A stretch of DNA of 64,000 bases from an uncultured virus (IMG/VR IMGVR_UViG_3300042556_002263) (IMGVR_UViG_3300042556_002263); one strand, 5' to 3'. Positions 37,901-46,992 are shown, numbered from the stretch's first letter. Numbers and translations are program-made. Notes: generated by a model not told the origin, from the sequence alone.

Positions 37901-40900
37901 TCTGTCCTCTATGTACTCTCTGTTTTCTTGTAGCGTTCGTATTGCAGATTTGGCAACCCGTCGCTCTGGTCTGATAATTCTGTTAAATCCCATCTCCCTA
38001 GACGAAGAAGCAAAGCCGGGTAGGTTCACTTTGTCCATGGACGATATTGGCATGGAGTCAAGCACGGAAGCCTCGTTAAGCATTCTCTTTCTTGCCTCTG
38101 GCGAAAGATTCATTGTTGGCTCGGGGACATCACCAAACATTGTGTACATGAGTGATTCCGTACGATTGTTTATCTCTCTCGTTAGTTTGTCGTGCGCTGG
38201 GTCGGATAACTCAAGGAGCCTTCTTTCGTTGTGTAGTTTCTCTATTTCACGCATGCTTCTGTCAATAAGAACCATCTCTTTGACGGCACCCATTGACTCA
38301 GATGGGTCTATGTTTATAAACTCGCCCTTGTCCACATCAAATACATCGGTGTGTTCTACTTCTATGTACGGTATTCCGTTTCTTTCGGTTTTGGATACGA
38401 CCTTGAAGCGACCACCCGTGATGCTTTCTATCGGCATATCTCGCCGTTCTCCGTCAAGAAGAACGCTGTCAAGAAGGTTGCTGTCGAATACCCGTGCGCC
38501 CATCGCAAGTTTTACTATCGCAGACTTTTCACCACTGAAACTTCTTACATTTGGAACCTCTTCTGGCAATAGCGCTACTGGTGAGAATGATGTAAGTGGC
38601 ATGTGTATTGTGTCGCCAAGTTCTGCTGAGAGTATTTCATTCTTTTCACCCAGTTGCGACATGGTGTGGTACATCGGCACAGACGAGAATGTTTCGGAAT
38701 CCCTGATTTCATCCATCATTCTCTTTGCTCTTGTCGCAGACGAACGGAGTTCGGAAAGCGTGTTGCTGTCTAGTTCTGAAACGGCCCCGCCGTTCAGTAG
38801 TCTTCCTATTCCCGTGTTTCCAACGAGAAATGACGGTACTTCTGATGGTTGTTGTAGACCCATCATCATTCCAGATATGTGCTGAATGTCGTAGTGTGAT
38901 TCAGAAGCCCATTCTGTGTAGGCGTTGGAAATCTCTGGCATGAACCTATCGCCAGGTATCTTGAACTTGTAGTCCCCAAGAGCAAAGTTTGTATGACCTT
39001 CGGTGCCCCTCCGTACAGTCACCCGTCGTGCTTGTTTCTCTATTGGCTGCTTTATTGATGCGACATTGCCGAGAGCGTTTGACGAACGCTTGGGAACAGT
39101 GTCTCTTGCTCTTTCCACCCGTGAAGCCCGTGATGCGGAAGCAAAACCAGGACTCTCGCTTGGCGTTTCCCATGGCTTGACCATTCCACTTGTGTCATAT
39201 GGGTCTTTGTGTTCGCCAAGTATGTACAGATACGCAGCAGTCATTTCTGGAGTTATGTATTCATCCCTGTAATCAGGGTCTGGCTGGGACATAAGCGCAC
39301 CAAGTTCTGCCCATGTTTCTTGTGGGTTTTTCTGCGCGTATTGACCAGCGAGACCAGCAAAAGGGAGTCTTGGGTCACCGAATATCTGTGGGTAGTCCTC
39401 TGCTAGACCACGCCACACATCTTCCATCTCTACTGGGTCCCAACCGTATCCCCAGAAAAATGCTGATTGGTGTTCAGGCTTTGATGGGTCCATGTTGTTT
39501 AGGAGCATCGCTTGGATAACGTACCCAGCACCCATCTGGGGGTTGTTCATTATTCTGTCACGACCACGATTTAGCACATCTAGTTCATAGTCACCCAAGC
39601 GGTCGATTATGTCTGTTGGGTCTATCCCAAGTTGTTGAGCAGTAAGAACGGCAGTCTTGGCAAAGTTTTCGAACTGCCGTTGTGGCTGGGGGATTACTGA
39701 GAGAGACCCATTGCTTAGGCTTTCCTTGGCAAAAGCCATTCTTTCTAGCGCATCATCTATCGGTAGGTTGGGGTAAAGATAGGCGGCTCGTGAGTATCTG
39801 TCTCCAGATAAAGCCTCCAAATCTCTTCTATTGAGACCAGCAACTCGTGCGACCCTGTCACGCATTCTTGGGGCGCTACTCAAACTTGACTTTATTCCAA
39901 ACAGTGACGACCAGAACTGATGATGGTATTCGTGTACGAGCGTTCCCTCCAGTGAGGTGGAGAAGTTGGAAATGTAGTCCCTTCCGAGCATGTCTGATTC
40001 TGGATACGCAGTAACGCCACCGGGTTTTGGTCTACCCATACTAACCCTGCGTGTTCTGCCGAACTTAGGCATTTGTTTGTCTGGACGGAATAAACCACGC
40101 CACTCTCTGTGGTGGACATTGATTACTGTAAATAAACCGTGGACATTAAATCCAAGAACACCCTGTGAATCAACGATTGCGTCAAATAGCAAATCCATAG
40201 TCTGTTCATCAGTATTAAATACGGCTTGACCAGAAGCAGGGTCAACATCAGACCTCTGTATTGGGTATGTCATCGGGTTGCGTCTAGTGCCGACTGTTGG
40301 AATAGGGATTGTTTGATTATTTCTGCGAGCGTCTCTGTATTTTTGTACTGCGTCTGGGTCTGTTGGGATAATCGGTGACGAACCAAACCTGCGAACCGTC
40401 CATAGGAACTGCGGCGACTCATTTAGTGTCTTTTCTAGCCAGTCTTCCATTCGTGCTACTCCTTCGGGGGAGAAGTCAAAAAGGTCGCTGTCTATCATTG
40501 TTTCTACAAGTTCTTTTACTGCTGCGAGAACATGTGGGTCTGGGTTCGTGTTACCCATGAGCATGTGTTGTAGCGAAAGGTTTACCAAGTCCTCTCTGCT
40601 TCGTGGAACCAACGCTTGCGCTATTTCTCGTGGTGTTGCGTCTTTTAGCCAGTCCACACCCTTGAGTGGTGAGTCGTCCTCGCCCGAGAACGCCTTAGCC
40701 ATGTCTCTTGTTCCGTTTTCATCCCGTGAAATAGATAGCGAGGCAAATCCTCTCGCCCGTGGAGCGTTTTGTGATGTATCAACTTCTATTTCTAGAACAT
40801 CTAGATTGTCGCTACTGCCAGTAAGGAACTGTATGTCTGCTTTTAGTGTCGGGCTTACCCGTGCTTTTCTGTCTGGGTCATTGCTAACCAACGCTGAGTA

Positions 40901-43048
40901 GCCTTCGGCAAACATCTCTACTGGTGCTGTCTGCCCGTATTCACTAAGAACATGGGGAGGTCCACTTTCCCAGTCAAGTTCTTCGCCCTTCTTTATCGCC
41001 CGTTCCAGTTCGGCAGACTGTCTCCACCGTCTATCGGCTCTATCTGGTTTGTAGGTCGGGTTTTCCTTACGCCATTTTTCGTGCCTGCGCTTGTACACAT
41101 AGCCCTTTATTCCCTTCGGATTTACTTCATCCCAATTCATGCGCCAATACCACCCAGCGAGGTATCTAGCCTCCCTGTTTGGATGCGCCATCTGCGATAG
41201 GTAGTTGATGAAGTGTCCGTATTCGTGCGTGAATGTGCTGTGTGGTGTCCACTTATCGCCAGTCTCTAAATACCACTCTGTTCCCGGCAGACCCTTGCCA
41301 CGCTCGCCTTCGCTAATTCCGTCTACGTCAGCAAGCAGGTTTCTATTTATCATTGTGAACATAGAACCTGTTGAGCCATTAAAGTAGCCACCCATAGACA
41401 AGTCGTCCCTGTTGCTAACCAATATCGGTGGCATTCCAAATGTTTTCACATGTTCAAAGAAATCAGGGTATTCACGGAACGCTTTTGCCAGTGACGCTCT
41501 TGCTTTCTCTACCATTTCTGGCGAGAAGTCAAATACCTCATCAGGAGAAACATCACCTTTGTGTTTTTTCGCTCTTCTCTGCGCGCGCTTCCAGTTAGTA
41601 CCCTTCCCCTTGCCAATGTAGTGAAGCGCTCTCTTCAGGTCTAGTTGTGTGCGTTCTTTCGCATTCATGCCATCCATTTCTTTTTCTACATGGTCAGCAC
41701 CCATGAGGTCAATGAGCCATTGCGACCAATCTTCTAGCGCACCAAGTGCTTCTTCTGACGAACCAGGAACTGACGCTTCTGCCAACTGCTCTGGTGTCAT
41801 GTCCGTCATGTCGTCACTTGCTGGGAGTGTGCGTGAAGCAGAGAAGAACCCCTTTTGTGGTGTTTTTCTACCCGTAAGGGTTTCCATCAATATGCGAGTT
41901 TCTGGATTGAGTGATTTTTTGTCTTCTGTATGGACATACTGCGTGAACAGTTCAGCAATCAATTCCGATGGCTTACTTATTGCATATGCGGATGGAGGGA
42001 TTATTTCAACATTTGAGTCTGCCCTGCGTGTTCCCGTTTTGTCGTCCCATGGCATGTATTTGCGTTCTCTTGGGTCAGCAATCTTCATTGCGATTCTCGA
42101 CAATGATGTCCGAATCTTTCCCCTGTTAGCGTTGTCGTTCAGTTGACCCCATGTTGCGTGATACATAAGAAACATTTCTTCACGAACATCAGGATTAGGG
42201 TGATTCAGTATTGCCTGATAATGAAGATAATGACCATACTCATGAATAAAAGTATTTGGAAGAGCCTCTTTTAAATCGTCCTGAAGAAAGAAATCTGGTA
42301 TGTCATCTGCCCCTTCAGGAGTAAGAGTATCTACTACATCTGTTCCAAATTTCTTTAGTACAGTATCTTTTATAGCACCAAATGAAGTACTCCAAGATGG
42401 TTTCAATTTCATATCTAGTTTCACTTCATCTTGTGAAAGCGATATGAGTACATGCTTATATGAAGTTCCAGCAACTCCTGGCATTGGTTTAACTACTGTT
42501 GCTGGTATTCCAAAACGGTCAATAAACTCTCTCATTTCTGGATTGTTATTTAGCATTCGCACCATCATGGAGCGTGCTTTAGCAATGGTTTCCGCATCAA
42601 AGTCGCTTGTGTTGAGTTTCATCTCATAGAGCAAGTCATTGATATTGTCGAATCCATTGGGTAACCCGTGGACGCCTACATGCGCTGTTATGTAGGCAAT
42701 GAGGTCTGATGGGTTATCAGGTATCGCTACCTCTGCTATCTCCTCATTGGTCTTGCCTACTGTCCAACCACTAAACGAATCGCCCCATTTACCCGTGGCA
42801 CTTGCGAAACCTCTTGACAATGCTGAGACATTGGATAGCGCTGCTGGTCGCTCAAAGGGTGTGTTGTCCTGTACTAGACCGTCACCATCACCGTCGTATG
42901 CGTTAGGGTCAAACACTGCTGTCCCTCTTGCGAGTGAACCAAGGTTAGAGCCTAGTGCTTTCGTATCTATTGACTCAGACGATTGCGACCTACGGCGTCG
43001 CTTAGCACGAGCCGTATCGTCAAGGTTGATGTCATAAGAGAAGGGCAT
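31919..43048 (-). CDS. ~3700-aa polyvalent protein (multiple zincin HExxH, ART-like and kinase-like modules)
   Basis: 11-kb open frame; probable leaderless ATG (TACAAT-N6-ATG) at 43048; 13 GFxS linkers. Confidence 0.85.
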   Translation of the reverse strand: MPFSYDINLDDTARAKRRRRSQSSESIDTKALGSNLGSLARGTAVFDPNAYDGDGDGLVQDNTPFERPAALSNVSALSRGFASATGKWGDSFSGWTVGKTNEEIAEVAIPDNPSDLIAYITAHVGVHGLPNGFDNINDLLYEMKLNTSDFDAETIAKARSMMVRMLNNNPEMREFIDRFGIPATVVKPMPGVAGTSYKHVLISLSQDEVKLDMKLKPSWSTSFGAIKDTVLKKFGTDVVDTLTPEGADDIPDFFLQDDLKEALPNTFIHEYGHYLHYQAILNHPNPDVREEMFLMYHATWGQLNDNANRGKIRTSLSRIAMKIADPRERKYMPWDDKTGTRRADSNVEIIPPSAYAISKPSELIAELFTQYVHTEDKKSLNPETRILMETLTGRKTPQKGFFSASRTLPASDDMTDMTPEQLAEASVPGSSEEALGALEDWSQWLIDLMGADHVEKEMDGMNAKERTQLDLKRALHYIGKGKGTNWKRAQRRAKKHKGDVSPDEVFDFSPEMVEKARASLAKAFREYPDFFEHVKTFGMPPILVSNRDDLSMGGYFNGSTGSMFTMINRNLLADVDGISEGERGKGLPGTEWYLETGDKWTPHSTFTHEYGHFINYLSQMAHPNREARYLAGWYWRMNWDEVNPKGIKGYVYKRRHEKWRKENPTYKPDRADRRWRQSAELERAIKKGEELDWESGPPHVLSEYGQTAPVEMFAEGYSALVSNDPDRKARVSPTLKADIQFLTGSSDNLDVLEIEVDTSQNAPRARGFASLSISRDENGTRDMAKAFSGEDDSPLKGVDWLKDATPREIAQALVPRSREDLVNLSLQHMLMGNTNPDPHVLAAVKELVETMIDSDLFDFSPEGVARMEDWLEKTLNESPQFLWTVRRFGSSPIIPTDPDAVQKYRDARRNNQTIPIPTVGTRRNPMTYPIQRSDVDPASGQAVFNTDEQTMDLLFDAIVDSQGVLGFNVHGLFTVINVHHREWRGLFRPDKQMPKFGRTRRVSMGRPKPGGVTAYPESDMLGRDYISNFSTSLEGTLVHEYHHQFWSSLFGIKSSLSSAPRMRDRVARVAGLNRRDLEALSGDRYSRAAYLYPNLPIDDALERMAFAKESLSNGSLSVIPQPQRQFENFAKTAVLTAQQLGIDPTDIIDRLGDYELDVLNRGRDRIMNNPQMGAGYVIQAMLLNNMDPSKPEHQSAFFWGYGWDPVEMEDVWRGLAEDYPQIFGDPRLPFAGLAGQYAQKNPQETWAELGALMSQPDPDYRDEYITPEMTAAYLYILGEHKDPYDTSGMVKPWETPSESPGFASASRASRVERARDTVPKRSSNALGNVASIKQPIEKQARRVTVRRGTEGHTNFALGDYKFKIPGDRFMPEISNAYTEWASESHYDIQHISGMMMGLQQPSEVPSFLVGNTGIGRLLNGGAVSELDSNTLSELRSSATRAKRMMDEIRDSETFSSVPMYHTMSQLGEKNEILSAELGDTIHMPLTSFSPVALLPEEVPNVRSFSGEKSAIVKLAMGARVFDSNLLDSVLLDGERRDMPIESITGGRFKVVSKTERNGIPYIEVEHTDVFDVDKGEFINIDPSESMGAVKEMVLIDRSMREIEKLHNERRLLELSDPAHDKLTREINNRTESLMYTMFGDVPEPTMNLSPEARKRMLNEASVLDSMPISSMDKVNLPGFASSSREMGFNRIIRPERRVAKSAIRTLQENREYIEDRMMTGRTRDVLDGEWIDQTIERLNNGEITHTDAMDIMNILMDIVSDRIRRDPSVRDATDGDVYHYQKLGKRLRRAMLNGLNDEDLETIRVEQGIVRPRGRGFASSSGNVREEIVGRFNPTTIRHNPGSEEWGKDQTSRSVLGVVIYDINGEKVVFGVQDRHGMDIGDARNVPLNPYDITGLERGTPEGDKVALDWFYAHIGSGTSDGQLTDDYKQTNSTEISALLYAATMGDEEARKEFDRYAAAGREIADRERQAEIEKAKSIAEEIRSDEGFKDRLRVMAHSILYARKRKNGEESAYVSDEEARSYTPTAKDLVLVRWTEFEPEYDEDGNLVLGAPSEYIDVDRETIHFTLNHSVEEHWGWQQTGGGYLIMVPLTDVLDDNGTESLGNLLGVDTYFTPKPGQKLKLRKGSTVVRRVEADEDRKKITSSILQDEFGTMSVKGTPNNVDYPGFDDFVTTVAADLGVHRGGLHSENGHGMYEVFNNRAGTEGTDVRLDPFRNNDGVHAMEYRLGSMDENSILRHIDRQHGKPTGVFKTEERNPSMRRGFVSATRSRDLSSLIKDPKQAETVKSIERRIGFASRSDAVNPQGKTSEEIANELELSEEERQILEELLPSGKDVLESPVNPSLESQKERLLNSIRIAVGEDGIPYIFAEPHPLLVDEFPDKRNWSAVRAPREETLQKIKAQLERMGAKILLPRERGDQAERDRRIATQERIIQREVEFSEWAMRLYDKIAEQNQTNVGQKSNVPNGFLWIGQYLHGLNDLSDPSIRNVFGEDDFLHAHDLWGHMGTGRGFDRHGEWANMLAMFSLIDRWAEENNISESDILALKGKWFYSLEQNRIEDRFSRDREEESPEFPEGTYWWDRSESIYDALHGSSSDEDMKEFIALLDDGNTHSGASKGFASASSDERVKIATRDVVRQSRRLTEMNLPEKNEDTGDAVVREMGLTGKAARVAKETFTRSLEAISGGRLKRYKFAEGVDEHKSRLLDSMRIVISADDIPMIMADPHPAFFGLLEDRRDWSVIEVPGDETVEAVIAKLREGNDPMARRGSGPMSDRDSGMKKFTQWASERIDSIIGKTKRQDTPSRLRGTLVADDIDLDDELRILEGDSSWAALYVGSLIDGSQAYGGATDTFELLHEAIGHIAIGRGFDRHGEFANGLAVLSLLKHSEVKQLLTEGEIQQVARHILRNYVVDRLSQARPEATNRALGLDGERGDSLIELMNLAINYKGDIWDVVDILERDIDKTPAFGKDGSPLEPRPRGFASSNRDTLNNATNNDLVRIVNADARHRGFASSTQEWKTTTHGIELRKEMPNTEVAHADASGTTQKRVKVGNEVVHPRTGQTVKLDSLESAMDYVEFGGNLSEVPDEFLIESILRNASQIPGERESGWRLAKAGGRFEFLAAGGGVHGMIRLRDTKTGGYLGLKFEASVNWSKSDEVIPIVKHSAEDSVQGAVREAIANTINEELGFAPMPIRIVRRSSLGAGAEDGRAPEQRPGIAFVTELAQNRHSRIIGDGDNLKNNNIAREDISPISALRQGLIDAVMDNRDRNSGNYLLAAQPDGSIAIVPIDHGDALHPESNQSVADMITNRFLFARSMDLQSFGNLSKNQIRQLVQEAMKDYRLDIAEKHRRIRDESQKVIGHSTGLLSEVGEGSWTSSDSAYLYREIDEGVESVLSRWTELAEMSDDEITEILWLAIGGRDDAPQRGGFASASAPQGFASARGKSRKLVKIYGATDKPRPAPSSTGEFVRRAIPTSPEQVRSLLENSPYSKGKGVKKTMKKLEMMEVDWEKQKLLADRLGKLLDSNPEFARILSEFDIPPMFVTRWNISNGGTESPLLSMTENWFGTQGQYHTGMGVLAFPEHIATGMNKYGMGNLSAEEVIVHELAHTIHAMAVEMNESARKALQEDFVAGVKSGRGVELTSSEKEIAKMISNYAASNRLEYIAEAMREIFYPKGRAQRGLVDAHYEMLSKFLGIPVERLKAMAASRRGVSF

Positions 43049-43319
43049 GGTTTCATTGTAGAACACACCGTCAATGTGTGCGTGAAGCGAATGACATTTC
43101 GTGTGTGCGTGTGCGTATGTGTGTGCGTACTCATTCGCATGTCAAGCATTGCGTGACTGCGTGTGTCATGGCGTGTCGTAGCGTGTGTCGTGGCGTGTTC
43201 GTGACACACTTCGTGCTTGCGTCGTGAGGTGTGTAGCCTAACACATTACTGTACCTATTACCATACCCAATGCCGTACCCATCAACCCATAGCCGTTAGG
43301 TATTGTTAGGACGACCTAA

Positions 43320-43349
43320 CGAACAGGCGTTCGTACGAACAGGCGTTCG
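43320..43349. promoter_or_regulatory. two tandem LexA (SOS) boxes
   Basis: CGAACAGGCGTTCG at 43320-43333 and 43336-43349 = CGAAC-N4-GTTCG. Confidence 0.7.
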
Positions 43350-43359
43350 GGTGAGGGGG

Positions 43360-43380
43360 TTGTCCACAGGGTGTGGATAA
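43360..43380. promoter_or_regulatory. inverted DnaA-box pair
   Basis: TTGTCCACA-N3-TGTGGATAA. Confidence 0.6.
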
Positions 43381-43499
43381 CCACTTAGCGTGGTCGCTTC
43401 TAGTGCCGTAGTCGCCAGCCCCGAAAACTTTTTGGAGAGCGCATCGGCGCGTGGGGGGCAGCGCGGCACAATTTGAGGTTCCCCACACTCTGGAAAGAT

Positions 43500-44018
43500 T
43501 TATCCAACCTCAGGTCTGTTCAGGCTCTTCAAGCGGTGTCTCGGCAACAGCCTCGTGTTGTCAGGGTCATATGTCGACGGCAGGGCGAGTTCCCAGGCTT
43601 CGTCGTATTCCATCCATCCCCAGATATTGACTTCCCTGAACTCTGGCGGCTCAGCGTATGCGGCGAACAGAACTAGTCCCTTTCCCAGTTGATGACGGCG
43701 TACGGCTACGGTGTCTTTTGTCCTGACCCTCCGTACTTCTATATTCGTCCCTACATCTGGCACATCCCTGTATTTGGCGTGTTCTGACTTGTGCCATACA
43801 TGGCCGGACCAATAGCGATTTGTCGCCTTCGCCACCGCCAATTCGCAGATTGCTGAGGCGACTTGGGCAGTTCGGTCGTCTTCCATTAACTCTTTTTTGT
43901 AGTGGGGAGCGTCGTTTTTGCCCCAGTTGGCTGCGAATCGGGCTATTCCGACATTACAGGCATGGACATATTCCCAGGGTTCTAGAACTACAAGCATGTA
44001 GGGAACTATACCCCCCAA
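43500..44018 (-). CDS. hypothetical protein, nuclease-like fold possible
   Basis: CELAVAK...PDVG..IEVR; start uncertain. Confidence 0.55.
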   Translation of the reverse strand: MGGIVPYMLVVLEPWEYVHACNVGIARFAANWGKNDAPHYKKELMEDDRTAQVASAICELAVAKATNRYWSGHVWHKSEHAKYRDVPDVGTNIEVRRVRTKDTVAVRRHQLGKGLVLFAAYAEPPEFREVNIWGWMEYDEAWELALPSTYDPDNTRLLPRHRLKSLNRPEVG

Positions 44019-44074
44019 AAATAAATATCACGTGTGTTGTTGCAGATAGATTTATCCAACTGTATGCTGTAATC

Positions 44075-44587
44075 ATGAGTATTAGAACATTCGTAGTAGC
44101 AGATACGCATTGGGGGCATGAGAGCGTGTGCCAGTTTTCGACCAAGCACGGCGACAAGTTGCGTCCGTGGGACAGCGCCGATGAGATGGACGAGATGATG
44201 GTTCAGTTGTGGAATGAGACCGTCCGCCCCAAAGACAAGGTGATTCACCTCGGAGATGTGGCGATGCGCAAGCAACATGTAAGTACCATGTCCAGACTGA
44301 ACGGTAAGAAGGTTCTAGTTAAGGGCAACCACGATTGTTTTGACTTGGCTACATACACCCCCCACTTCTACGACATAATGGGCTGCTTGTCTCTGGATAG
44401 ATTTATCCTTACACACATTCCAGTCACCGACCATCAGAAGTACCGCTACAGAGGGAATATCCATGGTCATCTGCACTCCGAGTCTCTTCCTGACCCCTGG
44501 TATCAGTGCGTCAGCGTTGAGCAAATAGGCTTCAAGCCGATTCTTCTTGAAGAAGTTAAGGCTCGATACGACACTATTGCAAATTAG
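44075..44587 (+). CDS. calcineurin-like metallophosphoesterase
   Basis: DTHWGH, HLGD, GNHD, THIP, HGHLH; TATGCT-N6-ATG. Confidence 0.9.
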   Translation: MSIRTFVVADTHWGHESVCQFSTKHGDKLRPWDSADEMDEMMVQLWNETVRPKDKVIHLGDVAMRKQHVSTMSRLNGKKVLVKGNHDCFDLATYTPHFYDIMGCLSLDRFILTHIPVTDHQKYRYRGNIHGHLHSESLPDPWYQCVSVEQIGFKPILLEEVKARYDTIAN

Positions 44588-44628
44588 GGGCTATAGTGCA
44601 CTGCAAATCACACACAAATAAGGGAAAA

Positions 44629-45021
44629 ATGAAAAAGATAATTGCGATAGCAATCACTTGCGTAACACTTGCCTCCTGCGGAACGAAGACAATTGTTGTT
44701 GAGAAAGCGCCAGACACAACCCCTGCGCCGGTTCAGCCAGAGCAGAAGAGTTCTTTTGACAGGGAAGAGAACTTCCTCAACGGTCTGACATACGACCACC
44801 CGACAGAGGTTTCCAAACTTGGTAAGACTGGAACTGTTGAACTTGGTCGTCTCACATGTGGCTCCATCGACGAAGGCTCAACGATTAACGATTTTGTTGA
44901 CATGGCTAACAGGAGTGGCGTTTCTGCCGAATTCATCGGTTCGCTTATCCGTGAAGCAGTGGAAAATTTCTGCCCTGAAAACCAGTGGTTTATTGACTCT
45001 GCCCTGAATGCAAATCTCTGA
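44629..45021 (+). CDS. lipoprotein (DUF732-like)
   Basis: lipobox LASC; G...C...D.G...A...FCP. Confidence 0.65.
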   Translation: MKKIIAIAITCVTLASCGTKTIVVEKAPDTTPAPVQPEQKSSFDREENFLNGLTYDHPTEVSKLGKTGTVELGRLTCGSIDEGSTINDFVDMANRSGVSAEFIGSLIREAVENFCPENQWFIDSALNANL

Positions 45022-45193
45022 TGGACAAGGCGACATTCAAGTTTTGGACCGAAAGGTCTAGTCAGTTAGAAAAAGACCGCAACAAGTGGCGCGACATTGC
45101 TCGCCGTTTAGCGAACCCTGTTCATGATGACTACTGTGAATATGCTGCCCCCTGTACCTACTGCCAAGCGATGAAAGAAGTTGACAAGCACAG

Positions 45194-45385
45194 ATGAACA
45201 CAGATGATATCTATCAAAAGTATTTGATGTCTGAAGGTGGCAGGCAGTATTTGTTGGCCAAGGTGGAAGACCTTGAAAAAGAGATATCAGAGTTGAAGGC
45301 AAAGATTCACGAACTGATGCATCAGGTTCATCAGGCACAAGGACAAAGCGAGTACTGGCAGAACCTTCATGCGAGGCAGTCTTGA
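45194..45385 (+). CDS. small coiled-coil protein
   Basis: heptad pattern. Confidence 0.5.
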   Translation: MNTDDIYQKYLMSEGGRQYLLAKVEDLEKEISELKAKIHELMHQVHQAQGQSEYWQNLHARQS

Positions 45386-45513
45386 TTACCCTGCTTTCTG
45401 ACCTATCTTTTCTTTTTAAGTTGTGGGTCTACGGAACGCTTGCTTTCTACTATGCGATGAAATATATTGGTTATTGGGAACCTCGGGATTAATTTAACCA
45501 AAAGGAAGACATC

Positions 45514-46203
45514 GTGGAGTACGCGGATTTGCTAAATTATGGCTTCGTCCGACTTGATGGTCACATGGCGGACGACACTTCTGTCGTAAATGCGGCGAGG
45601 GTCAGTTTTGCAAAGAACGACCTTGATAAAGTTGAACTCACAGATGCTGATAAGGGTCTTATCAACTTTCTAATGCGTGAGCGACATGGAACACCATTTG
45701 AGCATAATGCTTTTAGATTTCATGTTAAGTGCCCGGTTTTTGTGGCTAGGGAATGGTTCCGGCACAGAATTGGCTCTTTTAACGAGTTTTCTGCGCGCTA
45801 CTCAGAGGCTCCAAATCAGTTTTACCTGCCCGATTTGAGCATGGTGAGGACGCAGAAGGGTAAGCCGGGTGCTTATGTATTTGAGCAGGCAGACATGGAG
45901 GTTTCTATGAATGCGCTAGAACACATGAGGAAGGCTTATGAGGACGCATACACCGCCTATGCATCAATGATTAGGGACGGAGTTGCAAAAGAACTAGCCA
46001 GAACTGTTTTGCCAGTTGGAATGTATACCCAGTTCTACTGGACCGTAAATGCCCGTTCAATCATGAACTTCTGCTCACTGCGAAGCGCATCAACAGCACA
46101 GTTTGAAATCAGGGAGTATTCTTTCGCTATCGAAAAAATATTTGCCGACATCATGCCCATCACTTTTAATTCATGGATAGATAACGGCAGAGTTGCACCA
46201 TAA
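45514..46203 (+). CDS. thyX: flavin-dependent thymidylate synthase
   Basis: AARVS, HGTPFEH, REWFRHR..SFNEFSARY, AQFEIR. Confidence 0.95.
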   Translation: MEYADLLNYGFVRLDGHMADDTSVVNAARVSFAKNDLDKVELTDADKGLINFLMRERHGTPFEHNAFRFHVKCPVFVAREWFRHRIGSFNEFSARYSEAPNQFYLPDLSMVRTQKGKPGAYVFEQADMEVSMNALEHMRKAYEDAYTAYASMIRDGVAKELARTVLPVGMYTQFYWTVNARSIMNFCSLRSASTAQFEIREYSFAIEKIFADIMPITFNSWIDNGRVAP

Positions 46204-46208
46204 AACAA

Positions 46209-46282
46209 CCGAATGTGGCGCAGTTTGGTAGCGCACCTGGTTTGGGACCAGGGGGTCGCAGGTTCAAATCCTGCCATTCGGA
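46209..46282 (+). tRNA. tRNA-Pro(TGG)
   Basis: cloverleaf. Confidence 0.9.
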
Positions 46283-46424
46283 CAAAGAATAGTGTCTAGT
46301 TGACGAGGCTCTATTCTCAGGAAAATAACAGGGCTACGCTCTGCTGAAACTTTTCAGCCTCCACCGAACGTCGTTGTCAACCGTTTCGGTGGATAGGCAG
46401 AGGGCTCTGTTATTTTCTGAATAT

Positions 46425-46498
46425 CCGAACGTAACTCAGTTGGCTAGAGTGTCTCCTTTACACGGAGAGAGTCGGGGGTTCGAGTCCCTCCGTTCGGA
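46425..46498 (+). tRNA. tRNA-Val(TAC)
   Basis: cloverleaf. Confidence 0.9.
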
Positions 46499-46500
46499 CT

Positions 46501-46788
46501 ATGAAAAAACTTTTTCAAAACATCATCAATGCAGTCAGGACTATGAGTTCTGGTTCTTATTGGAATGCGCCTAACTCGGTAGAGGCATGGGGGTTTGCAA
46601 CAAAGATTGCAATCATATTCCCAGGTCTATTATTCGGTAAACAGTTCTGGTGGTTGTACATTTTTGCCATAATTTCCAGCCTCGCCCTAATATGGTCTTC
46701 TACCAAAAAGACATTGCCAACCATTATTCTGTTCAATGTTGCGTGGGTCGTTCTAGCCAGCACAGCAATAATTAAACACTTTGTTTAG
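46501..46788 (+). CDS. membrane protein
   Basis: three hydrophobic segments. Confidence 0.65.
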   Translation: MKKLFQNIINAVRTMSSGSYWNAPNSVEAWGFATKIAIIFPGLLFGKQFWWLYIFAIISSLALIWSSTKKTLPTIILFNVAWVVLASTAIIKHFV

Positions 46789-46793
46789 TTTTC

Positions 46794-46868
46794 GCCCGAG
46801 TGGCTCAGTGGTAGAGCAACCGCCTTGTAAGCGGTAGGTCGTGGGTTCAATCCCCACCTCGGGCTCCA
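46794..46868 (+). tRNA. tRNA-Thr(TGT)
   Basis: cloverleaf with CCA. Confidence 0.93.
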
Positions 46869-46905
46869 AAGATGTAATATCTTCACCACCGTGTGAAGGT
46901 AGCAA

Positions 46906-46992
46906 GGAGAGATGGCAGAGTGGCCGAATGCGCCTGTCTTGAAAACAGGAGTTGGTGTGAGCCAACCGGGGGTTCAAATCCCTCTCTCTCCG
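46906..46992 (+). tRNA. tRNA-Ser(TGA)
   Basis: cloverleaf, long variable arm. Confidence 0.9.

Noticed and set aside
42967..43209. 80-aa His/Thr-rich ORF
   Set aside because: Translation of the GT/CA repeat tract, overlapping the giant gene start.
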